Positions 51,701 through 64,000 of a DNA stretch of 64,000 nucleotides are shown here, piece by piece. The notes beneath the pieces were generated by a model, which was given only the letters and a program-made list of their open reading frames with translations, had not been told where the DNA came from and did not search any database. Made by a program: the position numbers and the translations under genes. The stretch's first letter is position 1, and each line of letters opens with the position of its first letter. Source of the stretch: Welwitschia mirabilis (Eukaryota). The stretch covers positions 15,717,802 to 15,781,801 of the forward strand of contig JBOZIK010000001.1 in the NCBI GenBank assembly GCA_051453625.1, read 5' to 3'.

Positions 51701-54700
51701 ACACCCTTTACATATAAATCAAACTTCTTACCTTAAATTTAAAAAATCTTATTTTTAATAAGAGTTTAATCCCACACCTTTCACCACACCTCATGATCCT
51801 TCATCATTTGATCCTTACCATCCATCTTCCTTTGTGTAATAACACCCTTCATCCATTCCCTTTGAGAAGATAGTAAAAACATTAATTAATACTCAAATCA
51901 AAATTAACTATAATAATGAAAGGATCTTAAAATAACACTCCTCTTTTTTAATCAATATTGAGTAAATTTTTCAATCCCACATCTAATTACTCTAATAAAT
52001 AATCCAAATAGTGCTTAAATCATTGGAATTCTCAACTAATAGAAAGAATACCTTTCTATAATCTAGGAATCTAAGAGTCCTCAAAACATTCAAAGGATTA
52101 AGGATATTAAAACCAATGATACTCAATCCACATCCATTAGGAATGAGGAAAAGAACCAATGAGGAAATTCATGAGGATCTTAACTTTATAGACACACTAG
52201 TAAATGATAGATTATGTGCAAGTAGGTTATACTTTGGAGTAGGATTAAACTTGTTAGAGGATGAATAATCATCAAAAGAGGAATAACTATGTAATGAAGG
52301 CTATACCTTAGAGAGTCATATAATAAATGATGATCTATTAAGTAAAATCAATAGAGACAACATTGAATTACAACCATCATTGCTTAAACAATTGCTTAAT
52401 GAGGAATTTCATAGTAATCTTGATGAGAAAAAGAACATTAGCAAAGAAGCCATACATGATCCTTTCTATGATAAATCCTCCTCTTTTTATCAACAACTTC
52501 ATGAGCCAATTATTTATCTTCATCTTTATCTATGAAGCAAGAAATAAGCCTTAACAAAAATTAAAACCCTTCCTTAGAATTGGAATCACCTATCAAAGAC
52601 CTTAATTCATTTAATGAACATTTCTCTTGTTAAGTAATTTCCAATTCTTCTTATTAAAATGATGTCTTGTAAGAGTTGTTGATTAAACATAAATAAGCTA
52701 AGAGAGGGACTACAACTGGTCTAAACACATAAATGTTTTTGCTTGTATGAAGGTTCTTTCAAATTTTATAGACTCTTGCATAAAAATCTACATGGATTCC
52801 CTTGCACTTCAAAATACTTCACAAAGTTTTGAATCATTTGACCTTTATTTTCACAATCTTATGCATCTTAGAGAATTTTAACCTTTTAGGTTAGATTTTT
52901 CTTTTAGGATAAATTTTTATTTTAAGGTAGATTCCTTTTTTAAAAATAATAAAAACCTTAAAACATGTATGCTTGATGGTCTCTTTCACCTAAAACCTTA
53001 CAAGTACTACCATCTTTACAATCATCGCCTTAAAACTTTTCACTTAGAAATTCCCAAATTCTATCCCCTTAAGCTTTTTCATTCATCACTTTCATTTTGC
53101 AATAACCCAAACAAATCAATAAATCATCTACCCTAGCCATTTACCTATGACTTAAGACTTATAGACCCAGGTTAAATGGCTTTTTAATAAAAATCAATAA
53201 TAATCAATCTCGTCATCACTTAATTAATAGTTACAATTAAATTCACTTATGGGTTTCTAAGGAATAATTATGCTTATTTTAAGTTTGATCATTAAAGGTG
53301 TGTTTGATGAAGGTCTCCTATTTTAGTAAATCATGGCTAAAAAAGGTGGGAACTCCCTTTGTACTATGTTACTTATATCTAAAGCTTTTAATGGGGACAA
53401 GGCTTATCTTAATAAGGCTGATGAGCCAATGACCCCTCTAAATGTGCATAAAAAAATGAATAGGGAAAGAATAATAAAAGAAAAATAATATCTCTTCTCC
53501 AAATGCACATCTGATTAATTGCTTAATTAGATTTAGTTAATTACATCAGGTCTATGAACACTCACTGGCAATGTAACTCCAGTGATCTAATTATAACATA
53601 ATCTACATTGGGGCTATAAACACTGGCCATCAATGTAGCACTAATTTCTTTATAAAACAATATGCTTAACTTTGTTGGAAGTAAATATCATAACACTAGA
53701 TGTTAATGTGATTCATAGGCTTAAACTAAGGACATATACACTAGTAGAAATAGAAAACAAAGGAAAGAAAAAGGTGGGAATTATAGGATTTTTTATCTAT
53801 TGTCTTTTAACCTTTATACTTAAGATTTGATATAATTTTTTGAATTCCTATAAGTTACTTGATTGATACTATGCTTAGTAATATTGAAATTCACTAAAAC
53901 ATACAAAAACATAATAAAAGTCATTAACTTAAATAGGTTTACTCATTTATTCATTAGTTTATGATTAAGTCCTTTGAGACATTTTCATTTTTCATTTTTC
54001 ATCCCCCATTTCACTTCATTCCCATTTTATGAGAAATAAAACATAAGGCATAAACCACTTTGACTTAGAATTTTTAGAAAGAAATAAAATGATCATTTTA
54101 TATTAGTTAGTTTTTTTATTTTCATAACTTAGAGCTTAGTTGCATCACTTTGCATTGATTTTAATAAAAAGACTCATCAAGATCCTTCTAAGGCTATTTT
54201 ATCAAAATTATTTAAATACTTTCTATCATAACACTTTGAGAACAAAGTTCAGTTTTAATTAGGATGTACAACATCCAAGTTTTACATTGTCTTTTTACTA
54301 AATTTTTAATTTTAATGCCTTAGTTTCAAATTTTGGTCGTAAGTTTTTCAAAGATATATAATTTTTCATACTTTAGTGTTTTACTTTAAATAATTTTACC
54401 AGAACTAATCATTTCAGTGTCAAGTTTTTGCTAAGAGTCTAGCAAAATTCTAGTTAGTAGATATGGTAATATGTAAAAATTAACATTTATATCAAGTGTA
54501 TTAGGCTAATTTATTATAAATGAAGACATTAATTTAATTATTTAGATCATAAAAAATATCTTCTATTATTTTTCAAATAAAACTTAATTTTATACTTTTC
54601 TCTATAGTAATTGTAGATATTTAGCCACATTTTAGAATACATGATGGAAGATGGACACAATCTGCATAAAAGAATCATGGCAATGGAGACATAAAGTGGT

Positions 54701-55205
54701 GACACATAGCAGTAGCATTAGAAGACATGTGGTAGAGGCATGTGGAGGTGGCATTAGAGACATGTGGTAATAGCACCAGTTGATAGAAGGATCCAACTCC
54801 AAAGGCCACATGTTGAACTGATTATAACAAAGATTTTACCTAATACTATATGATGATCTTGACCAACCGCTACAAAACAACTACACCAAATGCTAAATGA
54901 TGAGGATTTTACTTAATGCTAGAGAATAAAATATTATCTACCTAATGCTATAATACAACCTTGCTACAGGGTAGAATCTTATTTACTAAATACTAAATAA
55001 TAAGGATTCTACCTAATGCTATGATCCAAAAGCTCTTAACCACCTCAACCCTATCCTATCCTATAAAATGGCCTTTAATCCTGATTTGTAAACATCCTTC
55101 ATTGTGGGTAAAGCATAGAACCTTTATAGCATTAAGTCATGATGGCCTTTTGGGTGATTATTTGAGGGATGAGCTTGTTTTCAAGGATAGATTAAGCAGT
55201 ATGTG
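48722..55205 (+). mobile_element. Non-autonomous (pol-less) Athila-like LTR retrotransposon
   Basis: 5' LTR ~48722-50159. Degenerate tRNA-Asp-type PBS ttttggtgttatt (~50163-50175; cf. TGGCGCCGTTGCC). Internal ~4.3 kb with no RT or integrase motifs. Athila-like pre-LTR signature ttgctaagagtctagcaaaattctagtt (~54428-54455). 3' LTR from ~54464, truncated at ~55205 and homologous to 48722-49570. Confidence 0.7.
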
Positions 55206-55788
55206 ATAAAAAATAATGCATTAAATAATGTACAGCATGAATTGAAAGAACAAGTATGTTTTAATACACAAAGTAAAAAAACTATAACTTTTCATGGTGA
55301 GATATTTTTTTAAGTTAAATGAATAAAGAAATAAATATTCTATAAATCAAGTACTTCTACAAATATTAAGAAGAATAAAACTCATTATAGAATAAACTCT
55401 TCTTTTTCATTTTTCTTTGTTTATAGATAAGAACGCATCTACTTAATCATAAGCTCATTAGTTTCAATCTTTATCAAATCCGCCAACACATAATACAAGA
55501 AAGAAGATGTTATAGTAGAATGTAAAACACTTAAGTTTCATCCATGAATAAATAAAATAAATATGTTGAATTTCATATATGTAAATACTTTATTATTATT
55601 TCATACCTTCTTTTAATCATGTGAATTAGATGCTTTCACATAAATAGAGTTATTTGATTTAAACATATGGGTAGATTCTATTTTATTAATTTCTTTTCTT
55701 TTGAAAAAGAGACATTTCATAAATGAATAATTATTATCATTATTATTATTATCTTATTTAATTAAAAATGCTAGAAATATAATCCAAG

Positions 55789-55980
55789 ATGGATTACCCT
55801 TGTGGTAAGATCAAGGGACATACAAATCTAGGATCCAGGATTCAAATCCTTATGAAGGTAGGGGGATTAATAAATGGTTGTACCTTGGTATCTGGCATCA
55901 TTAGTTTGCATAAGCCCTACTTTCATGGGGCTTTATGTAACACATACTATCTACTTGGAGTTACCTTTAAGGGATGGAAA
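55789..55980 (+). mobile_element. Candidate tRNA-derived SINE
   Basis: A-box-like TACCCTTGTGG (55795-55805) and B-box-like GGATTCAAATCC (55838-55849). A higher-GC island of ~190 bp, flanked by imperfect direct repeats tagaaatataatccaag (55772-55788) and tagaattataaacaag (55981-55996). Confidence 0.55.
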
Positions 55981-56998
55981 TAGAATTATAAACAAGTACT
56001 AAAAATTAAAGTTAATTACTTAAAAGGTTTTACAAGAATTTATAATTCAAAATTAAGTATTATGTATGCCTTCAATATTACTTTTAATAAAAATATAAAG
56101 ACATTTTTGCTTAAAAAACTTAATAATAGTTGCATAAATCCTCTAATTAAACATTAAATATAAAAAAGTAGCATCTAATTCATTAAGATATTAACATGTC
56201 TAATATTTGAGTGATTGAAATTTTATAAGATCTAGAATAAAATAATGTGCTTAGCATTTTGTACCTAAACAAGCAATTTTTAATCTACACTTTTAAAAAA
56301 ACTATTATATTCAGACATTTTTTATTCTTATTATTAAATGTATCAAAGTTAATGATAAAATAATAGAAAAATGATTAGATAATGTAAATTTTGATAGACA
56401 TGAGAAGGCAAATGCTTATTTTATAATGAAATCAAGGATATCTAAAATCTATATAAGTGGCTCATAATGCGTAACATTTTTCTCACATGGTACTTTATAT
56501 AATCCGAATATTATTCGTAACTAATTTGAAAGATACATCAGGAAAAATGAACTCTTCCTTAAAATGTAGTTAATTACCTAACTATAATATTCTAATTTAT
56601 TATTTTAAGCTCATTTCATTATAAATAGAAACATTTAAATATTATGCTAGAATCAATAAGAATAATAAGGAATAATTTTAGAAAAGGTGGGTTTTATTAT
56701 TGATAGCATCAAATTACATTTCTTATCATTAGTCAACAGTTGTAGATTAGTGGTCAAAGGTAAAGATGTAAACTATGACTTGAGCCCCTCTCCTAAGACT
56801 GTTGGGGATCAGCTAAGGTTGGCGTTAGTTACATCTACCTAGTTTATTTATCCTCACCTAATGCCATAGGCTTAAATAGCATTATGAAATGACAAAATTT
56901 TACATATTTGAGTTACACCTATTTACAACAGCTTGCTAATCATGCTTGTTTAGTGTCTTAACATACTTCTTTACAAATAGTGAATTTGGAACATTACA

Positions 56999-57011
56999 TT
57001 CCCTCCACCTT
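56999..57011 (-). promoter_or_regulatory. PPT of Tekay element; 3' LTR begins at 56998 and runs leftward
   Basis: Minus strand AAGGTGGAGGGAA followed by TGTAATGTTCC. The far end of the LTR was not determined. Confidence 0.8.
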
Positions 57012-57189
57012 AAGCATTGTATTCATCCTTGATCACGGTTCCTCCTGTTATCATACCATCTGTGTAGGCATGCTCATCCAGATTATTTTTTATATTATCT
57101 ACAAAACATAAGAAAAGGAAAACATTATATACTAAGGAATACACTAAAAGATAAGAAAGTAATATATCATGTTTTATTAAAAAGTTTGG

Positions 57190-60100
57190 GGAAGGTCTCT
57201 TGCATATACTTCTTATTTTTCTAAGTTTGTTGATTACAATTGGTCCATTAGATGAGTATTTCCTTTACATTTTTATTTTTCAATTACTCACTTTTGGTAT
57301 CTAAGACTTTTTTAGATTAAACAACAAAGGTCAGGTTAGGTCTAAATATAATATGTTGTCAATTCAGGGTGTAGTCTTGGTTTTTATACTTATAGTAAGG
57401 TTTTAGCATGCTTACATGAAAAAACGGGTGAACCGAAGACATTTGCAAAGGTATTTCTAATTTATAGGTTAGGTCCCCTATTCTTTTGATAATCTTGAAT
57501 GGACTATAATACTAAGGGGTTATCTTGCTATACTTCTCTCTTTTTAAAGAGTTTCTTTCTAGCTTGACCTTTAGAAGTACTTTTCGACTTGGAATATATG
57601 GGTTTGATATTTCTAATCATAATATTTCTTATAATAGTCCTAAGTAGCTTGCAAATATCTCTTTACTTTGTTAATCATTTCTTTCATGAATATTCACTTG
57701 GATGGTATAGCTCTTTCTGGTTTTTCTAAAGAGTCAAACCATGTGACATAGGTGGAGTAGTTCTTGCAATACATTGCTTCAAATGATAAACATTAAATTG
57801 AGATCTGAAAGGTCTAATTATAGGTGAACTCGGCTAGATGTAGATATCTCTCCCTCTCTTTATGCATTTTAGTCAAATAGCATCATAGGGTATCTTCTAG
57901 AATATGGTTTATCCTTTTTATTTGACCATCTATTTCTGGGTAATGTTCTATACTAAAACTATGTTTAGTTTCCAAATGATAAAAGAAAATCTACTAGAAT
58001 TCGAATAGAAATTTAGGATCTTGATCAAATACAATAACTTAGAGTGCTCCATGAATATTGGAGATTTTGTACATAAATCTTAAGGCTAATTCTTTGGCTA
58101 TATTTGAGATTTGTAATGTAATGAAATGAGCCATCTTGATTAATCTGTATATATAAACAAAAGTTACATCATGTTCTCTATTAGTGAAAGGTAACATTGT
58201 GATGAAATCCATAGAGATTTTTTCCCATCTTCACTTTGATACCCCTAATGGTTAAAGGAGTCTAGTGAGTATTCATTGATCCATCTTGATTTACTATAAC
58301 ATGGGGTAATTACAGATGTATTCCTTCAATTATATCTTCATTCTAGAGTAAAATCTTTCTTAATTGGTGGTAATTTTTGATAAATCCAAGGTGTCCTACA
58401 TAAGGAACTTCATGTAGTTTTAGATATAAATTTTCTTCTTCATGAGCCTTATAGAATATGTCCTTGAAGTATGGATCCTCAGTTATAGATGTTTTAAGGA
58501 AAATTAATAGATCTGATGTAACAGTGGTGGCTAGCATACACCACATTCTACTCAAGACATCTGCAACTTTGTTCTCCTTTCCTAGGATGTACAGTAGTTT
58601 GAATTCATATTGTGCAAGTAATTCATCCCATATTCTCTATCACATGTTTAGAAAAGGCTATTTTTGGAGATATTTCAAGCTCTTATGATTTGTTTTAAGA
58701 AAAAATTCTCCTTCCAATACATAATGTCTTCAAACATTTAGTGCATGTACTGTGGTTAGCACTTCGGTGTCATGGATGAGATAGTTATTCTGATGTTGAT
58801 TTAGTTTTTGTGATTTGTAGGTAATCCCTTGATCTTCTTGACTTAGTATGACTCTTATACCTTAAGTAAAAGCATTGATGGTAACTGTGAATAGTTTTTT
58901 CATATTTGCAATTTTGAGAATAGGCATAGTTGTAAGCAATAGCTTTAGCCTAAGAAATGCCATTTGCATTTATCATCAAAGTTGAATNNNNNNNNNNNNN
59001 NNNNNNNNNNNNNNNNNNNNNNNNNNNNNNNNNNNNNNNNNNNNNNNNNNNNNNNNNNNNNNNNNNNNNNNNNNNNNNNNNNNNNNNATTTGCATTTATC
59101 ATCAAAGTTGAATGTAGATGTTGATTTGGCTAAATCTATTAGTGGTACTATAAGTTGAGAGAATCATGGCATGAATTTATAATAGAAGCTAGCTAGCCCT
59201 AGGAAGCTTACTTGTGTAACATCTCTTAGTTCTGGCCATTCCCATATGGCCTATACTTTGACTAGATTAGTTGCAATATCTTTATTAGAAATGACATGCC
59301 CTAGGTAACTAATTTCTGTTTAGGAAAAGTCACATTTGCTTAATTTGACTTTAAAGTCATGTCTAGTAAAGATCTATAAAGTATTTTTTAGGTGTGTAAC
59401 ATGATTATCTTGTCTTTTGGAGTACACCAAAATATCATCTAAAAGCACAACTATAAACTTTCTATGTAAGGCTTAAAAATATCATTCATTAAACTCATGA
59501 AAGTAACAGAAGCATTTGTCAATTTGAAGGGCATTACTATGAATTCATATTGGCCATATTTTATTCTAAAATTGGTTTTCTATATGTCTTCTTCTTTGAT
59601 GTGGATTTGATGATATCCAATTTTTAAGTTAATCATAGAAAAGAATTTGGCTCCTTGCAGTTGATTCAATACAATAAATCATCAATTCTTGGTCAAAGGT
59701 ACCTATTCTGAATGGTTACGTTTTTTAACTATTTATAGTCATTACAGAGCCATAAAATAGTATTGGGACTCCTTAAGATAACATACTAGGATGGATCTTT
59801 CCTTCCAAAAGTAGTTATTTATTTGTAGTTCTGATTCCCTTAGTTCTATTATTGAAAATTAGTAGGGATCTCATGCTATTGGTTGTGCTCTAGGGATTAG
59901 ATCGATTTCATGCTATACTTTCCTATTCGGTGGTAATAACTTATAATCTTCAAACACATTAGAAAATTCTTATAGTTATACTAATACTATGGATTATCTT
60001 TATAGCTTTTTGCCAAAATCAAGGCAAGGAAGAGTTGTTTTCTTTTAACAGCTTTTGAAAACTACTTATGTGAGTTTAGGGATATCCTTGTATTCCCTCC

Positions 60101-61500
60101 ATCCTCCTTTAAGATTCATTCTCTAAATGAAGTTATGATCAATAGAGTACCTTGATGAAAATTAATCTAAACATTGTATATAATTAAACGAGGAATTCAT
60201 AAAATGGTATGATCTTCTCCAATGTGAAAAATATAAAACTTATTCCTAAAGTTTAAGTCATGAAGGGTATAGTCTATGAGGGCACAATTCCATCCTGTGT
60301 TAAAAAACTACCTTCTATAACTCTTACTATGGATTTTTATTCCTTGAAAGGAGGGATGTTTAATTTACAGAATAGTGTTGAGGAGATAAAATTATGAAAG
60401 ACATCACTATAGACTAAGAAACAAACAAAGGAAGATGAAATGTGACCATGGAGTCTTAAAATAAAATACTAGTTATGAGTCACACTTATTTGAATAGTGG
60501 CATACAATCTTTTTCATGGTGGATCTGGATTCTATGAAGCTTAAGATTAGTTGCTATAAGGAATTATGATTGTTGAGGCTCTAGAGGAGTAATATCTCAT
60601 AATGTACCCCTTCTTGTGGCAATTGTGGCAAGTGAGGTTGATTCTGAATGTATCTTATGCTAGTAGTATATTTGACAGATTAGATCTATTGTCTTAGGAG
60701 TTATGTTGTTGGTCCATCAAGTAACTTATTCTTGAAGATAATGTCTTATTTTGTAGTAGACATATTCAGTTGATTTGATTTCTAAAGAATAGAGTATGCT
60801 TCTAAGTTTTGGTGGTAGGGTTTTAATGAAATTATTCATCAACAGCTTTTCTATGACTTTCTTCTAGTATTTCATAAGGCACTAGAATTCAGACCAGTAT
60901 TCATCTAGTGGATGTTTTCCCAAGCGGAGGCATTAGAATTCCATAATTTGATCTTTGATGCATTTCTTGTTGAGTTCCTCCACAAAGGTATCCTAAGGTA
61001 CTCATTGAGGATGTTTGTATTGGTATTAATACCACCATTCTTGTACATTTTCTATTAGAAAGGTAGCGAAGGATGTGCATCATCATTCTAGTAGGACATT
61101 TCAGAGGTCAAAATAATTTTTGATCTATCGAATCCATAAAATATCTTCTTTACTTATTACTACTTTACCTTTGTATGTTTTGAGGTATATCATTTTTTTA
61201 ATTTACTCCCCTTTTCATTGTCTTGTGTTAAAATTGTTTACTCGATTGGCTAGAAAGGCTNNNNNNNNNNNNNNNNNNNNNNNNNNNNNNNNNNNNNNNN
61301 NNNNNNNNNNNNNNNNNNNNNNNNNNNNNNNNNNNNNNNNNNNNNNNNNNNNNNNNNNAGATGCCCTAGGATTCTATTCAGTGGATCTTTATTTCAGGAG
61401 AGAGAGTATGTTATCGATCTTACTAGCAAGGAGTTCATTTTATGAATGAATGTAACATAGTTAGGTCTCTATTTCATCCATTCACTCTATGTTCCATGAT
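57190..61500 (-). pseudogene. Tekay/Del chromovirus (Ty3/gypsy) gag-pol pseudogene
   Basis: Minus strand: zinc knuckle relic TCHNCHKKGYI (~60633-60600); protease LVYSDVFHNFIS (~60418-60383); [15 protein letters not shown] and [13 protein letters not shown] (~59550-59420); RNase H; integrase HEVPYVGHLG, EKISMDFIT, and SPFKIIKRIGDLTYKLEIP..VHPFFHVSMLKPY (~57505-57397). Gypsy domain order. Confidence 0.9.
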
Positions 61501-61739
61501 GTGTGAGTGGGTTCAACATCCTCCTGAACTCATATGTGTCTTCTTTTTTGCTCTTCTTCTTAAAATAGTACACTCTTTTTATGGTAAGCATTATGTTCTT
61601 TTATAGTGCTACTATAATAGTTAACTATCTATAAGTAAATAATGGTTAAAAAAAATAGTTAGACAAATAGTTTAGTGGTTATCATAACATCCCTTAATGA
61701 CATAGGTCCCATTGGTGGTAACTATCAAAGAGGTGGATC

Positions 61740-62690
61740 ATTAGGTACTCCAAATGTGACATTAGATGATACACAAGTGTCAAGGTCAAACTGCAATATT
61801 GGATGTACAAGTACAACATTAAGGTTTTTATATGAAGCAATGCAAATTATGTGGTAAACATTAGAGTTGAATGGGAGGTTTTGGGACCTTCTGAGAAAAA
61901 AGTGTGATGTTAGGTACCCAAGTGCAATGTTAGACATCCAAGTATGATGTCAGAGAGCTCTGTCATGTGAAAACTGAGGTACACTAAGCTATGCCTGAGG
62001 CAAGCAAAAGATGCAAGGAGTCTGTGAAGGTAAGTGTGATGTTAGGCACTCAAGTATGACATTAGATATCTAAGTGTAAATTAAACACCTAAGTGTAATA
62101 TTAGACCTTTTTCTAAGAGTAATTTTGAAGTAAAACACAAAGTGTTGGGGCTTTGTAGAAGGTGTCAGAGTATTACAAACTTAACTATGATGTCAGAAAC
62201 TCAAGTGTGGTCTCAGGCACCCAAGTGCAACATCAAAGTCTTCATCATGGTATCGACTGAAGTAGAATGAGTGATGCCTAAGCTAATGAAAGGTGTTGAG
62301 AATAAGCAAGAATTGCTAGGATCTTGTCAGTGAAAAGTACAACATCAAGCATTTAGGTGTAACATCAGGCATCCAAGTGTGACATCAAAGCTTCATTGCA
62401 GAGCAAGCTAAAAGAGTGCAGTTGATGCCGATGTTAGGTAGGAACCATTGGAGGCAAATGAAAGGCAAGTGCGATGTTGTGTACTTAAGTGTGACAATAT
62501 TGGGTACCTAAGTATAAGGACGGATCCTCCTTGCGGTATAATTTTAAGTGAAATCATAACATAATGGATTAGATTGAATGCATTAAAATATTATAGCACT
62601 AAGTAAAATGTTAGGCACATAAGTGTGACATAAGAACTCAAGTGCAACATTAGCTTTCTAGGTGTAATGTTGGCACTCTAGGGCATGACA
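61740..62690. repeat. Degenerate ~20-bp repeat array (caggcacccaagtg(c/t)gacatc)
   Basis: Many copies of aagtgtgacatcag/aagtgtgatgttaggcac/aagtgcaacatc. Inferred ancestral core is GCGACGTCAG. Confidence 0.8.
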
Positions 62691-64000
62691 TTGTCATGGG
62701 ATCTAGTACTATCATTTAACTACAGTTTTCTTCCTTCAACCTTGTGTTAGTTAAATTTAGTTAACTATAATTAACTTTACTCTTATGGTTAGTTAACCCT
62801 AGGTCCACTTCTACAAATACCCTATGGATCCCTCATTTTTACTTCATTTTCCTCGTGTTTTCTAGCCAATTAGTATCTTTTTTCCTCTTATTTTTTACTA
62901 TTGATCTTTTGTGTGGTACTTTTTTTTAAGTGATTTTTATGTGTTTTAGGTAGGTTCTTTGCAATATTTGTCATTTATAAAGACAAGATTTTCCTCAATG
63001 CTTCTACTTTGCAACATTCACATCTTAAGATATGGCTCAAAGACTCTATTATACCATTTCTTAGAATTCTACCAACGTCAAATGTACCAAGTTGAAACTA
63101 CAACAATGAGCTATGAAGTAGGGGGTTCCTTGGATCTTTCCCTCCAACCTCCTAGATTTATGTGGTTTTACTGCCTTTCGTATTTGCCATCTGAGTGCTC
63201 TCTTCATTCTTGATTCTGTCTTTTTTTTAATCTTTGTACAACTATTGTAACCCATCCTCTTCATTATCCTATTCAAATTTTAGAAGAGAGCATAGGGTTA
63301 GTGTTCAGGTTAAGATAAGATGACCGCATTCCTCCTTAGGTTTCTCATTCTGATGAGAACTTTTGTTACTTCATGGCTAATCATCTAGATGACTTCATAT
63401 GTGTGTGGGAAGTACACATCTCCATGAAGTACCTACAACCAATTTTACCACTTCTTATTTTGCAGCTTATCATGAATTGATTGTAGGGAGGGCCTTCCTT
63501 CATGATCGAATTAGTGAGATTCCTACTCATATCATTTATTTATTACTATTTTTAGTTAGTGCGTTTCATTGGATTAGGCCTCTATTATTTCTTCATCCAT
63601 TCTTTTTTAATAGATTTGCATAAAATGGAATGGTACTAGGGGTGAATGTTTTTTTGTACATATCTTACCTGGTTTATACTTTTCTTTCATGGGTTCTAGT
63701 GGTCTATAGCCCTTCAGATCTTCAAATGTGAATCCATCTTTGGTTTATCTCCTCATAAAATTCTTGCTTATTCCTTACTTCATTCTCATTCTTCTTCATC
63801 TATGAAGGGTAAAGATTCTGAGGAATATAACCCTGGAGAGACATCCCAGGGTACTTATTTTGTTTCATATAAGGTATGGATCCTTGTGTAGGGTTTTGGA
63901 ATAATAAGTGTATTTCTAACAATACTTTTTTTTGTTTGTTATTTATAGATGAATAAAGCTTTGGATTCTTATCACTTATCTCATCATAAACATCAAAAGG

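Noticed and set aside
55795..55870. Functional tRNA gene
   Set aside because: Only degenerate A/B boxes; no cloverleaf stems or T-run terminator. Treated as a SINE candidate.
61740..62690. CRISPR-like or satellite array
   Set aside because: Irregular spacing, degenerate units, and adjacent to retroelement sequence; typical of LTR/UTR motif arrays.

Overview
This is an AT-rich, gap-ridden plant (angiosperm-like) intergenic or heterochromatic window made almost entirely of decayed transposable elements. I found no intact host gene, tRNA, rRNA or CRISPR array. Most ORFs in the track are artefacts of N runs or fragments of pseudogenised retroelement genes. From left to right: a relatively young LTR end (minus strand, to 1052); Ty3/gypsy LTR-like debris; an RTE-LINE 3' tip; the right end of a CACTA transposon (TIR ending at 10020, with palindromic subterminal repeats); very degenerate gypsy gag-pol (~11.5-14.6 kb); Athila RT-RH-INT (minus, ~19-20.9 kb). 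Next comes a nested complex of two Sirevirus-type (SIRE/Maximus) Ty1/copia families, both with env-like extra ORFs: a plus-strand element at 23541-36764 sits inside an LTR of a minus-strand family spanning ~20.9-47.6 kb, and that LTR also holds a TSD-flanked solo-LTR-like insert. The window ends with a pol-less Athila-like element (48.7-55.2 kb), a SINE candidate, and a Tekay/Del chromovirus (minus, 57-61.5 kb). The most unusual structure is one interrupted LTR with a PBS on one side and a PPT on the other, and a ~70-bp diverged duplication where a 5-bp TSD should be; ectopic recombination explains it best. Most exact 100-N gaps are flanked by near-identical duplicated sequence, probably uncollapsed alleles or paralogues. 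I see no convincing evidence of a new biological system. All family assignments come from manual translation and motif recognition, not database searches.
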